DNA from: Rhynchopus sp. YZ270_cl-10 | Taxonomy: Eukaryota | Assembly (NCBI GenBank): GCA_964035575.1 | Contig: OZ037840.1 | Span: 62,001-126,000, forward strand | Length of the DNA: 64,000 nucleotides | Direction of reading: 5' to 3' | In this document: positions 58,701-64,000 of the stretch, piece after piece | How the letters are laid out: the number at the start of each line of letters is the position of its first letter | How positions within the stretch are numbered: the stretch's first letter is position 1 | Translations under genes and position numbers: made by a program | Notes under the pieces: generated by a model | The model's input: only the letters and a program-made list of their open reading frames with translations | Database searches by the model: none | What the model was told of the DNA's origin: nothing

Positions 58701-61700
58701 GCAGGCTGCTTGGCGGGCAACCTTTCCGAGGGGAAGTGGTTTGGCATCCAATGCGTATGAAACAGTGTCCTGCAAGGATGTGCCTTCGGTGAGGAGGACC
58801 ACGTCGCGCACGGTGCCTGCAAAGCCGAGGACCTCGGTGGCATCGTGTGTGGTGTAGCCCACGCCGCACTCTGAGCGTGGGATGCGTGCGGGCAGTGCGA
58901 AGAAGCGGCCGCCAAAGTACTTCAAGGAGAGGACACGTTCCATGGCATCTATCTGGTCAGGGAGAAGCGCTTCGTTGAAGATAAGTAGCTCTGCAAGGTA
59001 GCCTGTGGAAGGGGGTTTGAAAGTTTGTTTTTGGCTTTATTTTTACTCTGTTTGTTGTATTGTATTGCACTGTAGTACTTTGTAAGTTAAGAGGTAGGTG
59101 CACTCTTTGTTGATAGCGACTAACTGTGGAGGGGGTGATGGTGCACGGTGACCATGGTATTGTGTTCGGAACACTGCGTTTGTGGATTGCACACTGGTCT
59201 ATCCGTAGTTTCAACTTTCCCCCCTCCCTCTTTCTCCCCCTCACCCGCTTCATCCTTTCAAGCATGCCTGATGTCACGTGCTGAGTGATGTCACGTCCCT
59301 CCGACAACTCCGCCAGGTGATGGACCAAGCTCTGCGAATTCTCCGACTACTTCTAAGAAAAACCGGAGATATTTGCATAAGCTCGTGCTTAAACTCCGTA
59401 CGGAGAACAGCAAGCTGAAAGACCAACAGTCGGAGGACCACAACAACAAGCAAAGCAGAAGACGACAATAAGCGACGACAAGCGCAAACGGGGGGATGCT
59501 GGTGCGGTCTTGCGCGAGCTTTCCTTGATGTGGAGATGTGGCCCACTGGCAGGAAGGATCCGACGAGGTGGCTTATGTTTTGGGCGCAGTTCCGTGATGT
59601 CATTGTGCGCCTGGACGACTTCAACTTTCACTTGGTGGCGAAGCGGGAAAAGGTGCTGGCGAAGGTGTCTCAGCACTGGACCTGGCAAGATGGGACAGAT
59701 CAGGGCAAATGGAAGGCAGCTGCGCGTAAGATCTTGTGGAGTGGAATCAGAGCACCGTGATGGTACTTAGGAGGCGGCGAAGGTGGCGCGCGAGAAGTTT
59801 GCGACGTACGACTTGCCTCATCAGATTCAGACAATTCGGCGTCGCGTGGACCACACGGATCTTCCGTAGGGGGTCCGACAACCCCAGGAAACTCTGCAAG
59901 GCTGGGAGTGTGCAATCTGCACAGGAGCAAAGAGGGCTGCACGCGCAAGCAGTGCCGGTATGCGCATCCGGAAAAGTGAAGGTGGGAGGTGCAGTGAGGG
60001 AGATGGAGAGGAGGGCGGTGGTGGTGGCACACACGCCGTGGGACAGAAGCGGTCGATTCGCGCCGCCCGGTATCACCAATTGTGATACAGTTTGGATAGA
60101 CATGAAAAAGGGCAGCACACAGGTGGTTCCGTGCCATGTTTTTCCACAGAACCGACACGTAGGGCGTGTCTCCCAAACAACAAAAAAGCAAACGAATAAA
60201 AAATGTTAGGAAAAAGAAAGAACAAAACAATGTAGTTTACAACAGGGACACATTCATTTTACTAATTTGTTGTTTGGGAGACACGCCCCACGTTGCGGTT
60301 CTGTGGAAAAAAAACAGCACGGAACCACCTGCTGCCCCCTTTTCATGTCAAATAATGAGTAGTTATAATTCCAGGGCCCCTCTTTCACACATCAACAAGA
60401 CATACCAGTATAGTGCTTCCCCTCAGCATCCAGGGAGGTTGCCTGCGACCCTATGAACTGCGGCCCTGTCGTTTCATTCCTGCGCACACCATACGGCGTG
60501 GAGGACCTGTTTAGCGAGGGGATGTCCACGCTGTTGATGCTTTCCTTCAGAGCACCGTTGATGCGCAGCTGCATTTGCGCATTCGCCGCAATCCTGCACG
60601 TCACGAGCACCCAGCCTTCGTCCCCGGGAGGGTTCCACGAGGCAAAGGAGGTCAACGTTGTTCTGCTGCCCCTCATGCCTGCAAAGCAGGACACCTTATC
60701 CACCCCGGCAAGGAGCCCCCAGTAGGACGATATGTCGAGAAGGTGCGGCTCCGCTGCTGCCCCTGTGGGTTTGATGACTGCGAAGATCGTGACGCCGGTG
60801 GTGTCTGAGTAGAGCGGCTGTTGCAGCTGCATCGTTGTGCTGGTCGCGTTGAGGCCGAAGTACATCGCAGGCCATTGCCCTGCGGGGGTGGCTTTGGGTA
60901 CTGAGGTCGGGCCCTCACCTCGCGATTCAGCGTTGTTGCGTAGGGTGTCCAGGTTCGCGCTGTCGTGCAGGACCTCGACGATGGAGCTTCCGTTTGTGAG
61001 GTTCGCAGCCCCTGCCACGTACCACACTGCTGCTGAGGTAGAGAGGAGGTACTCAGCTGGGTGGTCGCTGTCCGGGGGGAGTGGGTCGTAAGGACGCCCG
61101 CCCAGTACGTTGAAGTCTACTGCTAGGTGGACGATGCCGGATTTCTGTGGGGTGAGGGGGGGTGGGTGTGGAAGAGTGGTGGGGTTGGTTTTGTTTTTCG
61201 GATTTTACAATTTTTGCAACAAAAAATGGAATGTGACAGTGGCGTGGAAGGGGGGGGAAAGAACTTTGCAGTGTTGGACACCCTTGAAGAATAGGATTGA
61301 GAAGTCACATAAAAAACCCTCCCGAGCCTTCGGGTCCGCATCTGACAGGGCAATGCAAGACGTACCTTATGCGAGAGCGTTATGTAGTGGTATTTGCTGT
61401 CCAGCGGCACAGCGTCGACGGTGAAGCTGAACGCATCCGCAGAAGCGAGCGACGACGTTGGGAAGTTCGACGGCGCAGACCGCTGCACTGTGTACCTGTG
61501 GTGTGGGATGTGGGATGTGTGTGCACCAACGGGGTTTCTTGCATGGAAAGGATTGCACAAAATGCTATTTTTTTTTTTTTTTTACCTGAACCACTCCCTC
61601 TCATGACCGTGTACCTTACACAGCCATGCGGTCCTAGAATCTATATTCGAAGTTGACCTCTAAAAACATACGTGACAGTTGTGGCATTTGGGTCTATCTG

Positions 61701-64000
61701 CAGTGATACCAGGTCATCCGACACTCCAGCACTACAGTGCAGCAGAGACACCGGGAGCCCCACGGTGTACGGTGCCGTGAGCGACACTGTCTGCGTCGTG
61801 GTCAGGTTCGACACGCGTGGACGCGCCTCTGTCGTGATGTTACAGAGCACACCCGACCGCGAGAGCTCACACGGGTGCGCACCCCATTCACCACGCCCCG
61901 CTGTGCTGCCGTCCCCGCACGCTGCCACGTGGTCCACGCCATACATAAAGGCGCACCCCCCAGCGAACCGCAGCGGGTGATGCCCACCACACGCCCAGTT
62001 GGAGTAGTCCCTGATACTCCGCAGCGGGTTGTGTGTATCCACATTGTGCCTCGCAGGCTTGTTCGTGTAGCTCATCGTCACTGTCTGGGTCAACCACCGC
62101 CACGCGGTTCCATCGACCCACTGAAAGGTGTTCCTCTCTGCTGAGACGTACGATGTGTTTTTAGAGGGGTCCTCTCTGGACGCACCGATCCATACTGTGT
62201 CGGTCACATTTTCTACCCAGAGGACATACATGGCAGCACGGTTCGCGCCGTCTGAAGCAAGCGCCACCATGTCCCCGCCACGCTCAGAACACTCCTCCCT
62301 CGCGTACTCCCAGGTGGTCCGCAGGGGGATGTGGACAATCCCTGTACCTATGCTGCACTCCTCATGCCTGCCCTGCGCCATCCAGAAGCAGTCCCATTTG
62401 TGCACCCAGGTGCCTCCGTTTGACAGCTTCTCGACACCAAGGCGCGCAGTGGAGAGGGTATGGTGGTTGGACTGAAAGACTTTGACACAACGGAGCTCGA
62501 CTGACTCAGAGAAGACGAATGTGTATGACGCAACCTTGGGGCTGCAGCCAAGCCCGCTGGCGAACTCCCCACAGGAAACCGCAGCGCAGGTGCTGTCATC
62601 GTTGTCGTTCGCGAGACTCGCATTCCCAAAGGTGTGCGCACGGAACGGAAACCCATGCACCTCCCAGGTGACACTCCCGTTCTGGTACACATCTTCGCTG
62701 CAGGCGTCGTCGTAGTAGAAGGCCACCTCGCACACATGCCAACCAAACGTCACGTCGTCCAGGTTCGTTATGCGCCACACATTGTTCGGCGCAACAGACC
62801 CCCTCCCCTCCCTGCGGAACCAACCCCCAAAGGTGAACCCCTCTGCACCTCCGAACACAGGGGTTCCCAGGTCCCCAGACCCTCCGGCACCGCCTAACGC
62901 AGGTTCTGGGGTGCCGGTGGTGTTGTCTTCGTGATAGGAGACGAAGGGTGCGATGTTGAGCTTCTGGACGCCGATGGTGGCGCAATCCCCAGGGGAGGTC
63001 TCAGGCACGTCGATGTAGAAGGATGTGACGTTGCTGCAGCCGTTTGCACCGCAGTCGCGGTCGCTCACCTCCACCGCCTCAGAGCACGTTGCGAAGCAGC
63101 TGCAGCGGGATGTCGTGGTGTTCACATGGTGCGTTCCATACACCGCACCCTTGACCCCAGCGCACACATCCCTGCAGGCACAGAGTGACGAAGCTGTCAA
63201 CGCCATATCCACTGCTGCGACCAGCCCAGCCTCGGGGCATGTGTACCGCCTGACAGGGGTGTCCAAGCGGTGCGAGGAGGAGCCGTTCCCTACCGCTAGC
63301 GGGTGTGTGCAGGGTGTAGCGTGCAGAGCGCACAGCCCGGTCCACGCATAGTAGTCGATGCCTTCGCAGAGGGGTGTGCCCTCGCATCGGGATCTGCAGG
63401 TGTCAAGGCCGGCGCCGATCTCGCTGTTGACGGAGAAGGTGTCGAGGAGCGACCCCGTGCCGTTGGCGTTCTGCGCGCACGCCGCAGTGTCGCTTGTCAC
63501 CAACCAACGCCGTTCCGTGAAGAGCAGATGCGGGCACGGTGTGCACACCTCCCCGCTGTTCCCGCACGACACCGCGGTCACCGTCGCCGTCTCCTCCGCA
63601 TGGCATGCGCACACCCGGTAGCGTGTTTCGTTCCCTCCTGGGGGAGGCTCCGAGTCACACGTTGCGCCGGGTCCTGAGTGCAGGGCGTGACCATGCGAGC
63701 CCCAGACGCATCCAGACGCGTCTTCAGCCCCGATCGGTGTGACGCTGGTGTACGGCACGCCCAGACGTTGCATGGCCGCAGCGCAGGAGAGCCACGTGCT
63801 TGCGAGGGTCTCCATGGCCGCGTCGCACCCACCTCCGGTCAGACGCCTGCACGCATCCGAACAGACCTCATCACCCTCCGCAAGATACAGACACATCCCG
63901 CTGTGCGCAGCCCCGTGGTCGTTGCTCCCTGTTGCCAGGGCGACGTTGGGGAGCGAGACGCGCAGACACGCCTGGTCCATCGGTGCCTCCCGCAGCGCAA
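55740..64000 (-). CDS. Very large multi-exon extracellular protein with PAN/apple-like, C-type lectin and LamG/concanavalin-like domains (5' end outside window)
   Basis: Exons >64000..61672, 61495..61366, 61144..60406, 59002..56592, 56435..56316 and 56162..55740, all GT-AG and phase-compatible. CTL motifs TWEYAREEC..GGDM...VWIG...WVDG. LamG-type YTGYLAELLIFNEAL and WHHVGVVH...YIGRSNY..DTFEGGVKEFYMWDGAIT cross splice junctions correctly. Confidence 0.88.
59300..59979 (+). pseudogene. Degenerate antisense ORF ending in a CCCH zinc finger (retroelement gag-like) inside an intron
   Basis: The frame of ORF 59530-59760 continues past one stop to GVCNLHRSKEGCTRKQCRYAHPEK* (C-x8-C-x4-C-x3-H, 59911-59967). 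Confidence 0.5.
60088..60350. repeat. Inverted pair of a ~90-bp dispersed repeat (third copy ~30584-30672)
   Basis: TTGTTGTTTGGGAGACACGCCC.ACGT..CGGTTCTGTGGAAA..AGCACGGAACCACCTG..TGCCCCTTTTCATGTC is direct at 60267 and 30584 and inverted at 60088-60183. Confidence 0.8.

Overview
This is eukaryotic protist genomic DNA, not prokaryotic. GC-rich exons with GT-AG introns are separated by A/T-homopolymer-rich spacers packed with transposon relics. All ~13 recognisable protein genes lie on the minus strand. That layout fits a euglenozoan-type co-directional gene cluster, possibly diplonemid, but the lineage is an inference only. The genes encode a cyclic-nucleotide-binding protein, several low-complexity or single-TM proteins, a Cys-rich secreted protein, a type I membrane protein with a duplicated beta-domain, a small 3-exon protein, a formylglycine-type sulfatase, a cytochrome P450 and a very large multi-exon C-type-lectin/LamG protein. 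Three features stand out. (1) Three secreted proteins combine a signal peptide, a Cys motif and a short collagen with a circularly permuted bacterial phage-tail-collar (MdpB-like) domain. (2) A 10.3-kb train (12.6-22.9 kb) of six TA-flanked GG...CC inverted-repeat elements sits end to end in poly-G/poly-C tracts; it includes foldbacks and a MULE-in-piggyBac-in-foldback nest. (3) More than 20 short dispersed repeats from three families share one orientation and a CTCTCGT/ACGAGAG core. No rRNA, tRNA or CRISPR array was recognised. Coordinates were read by eye and repeat ends may be off by a few bases.
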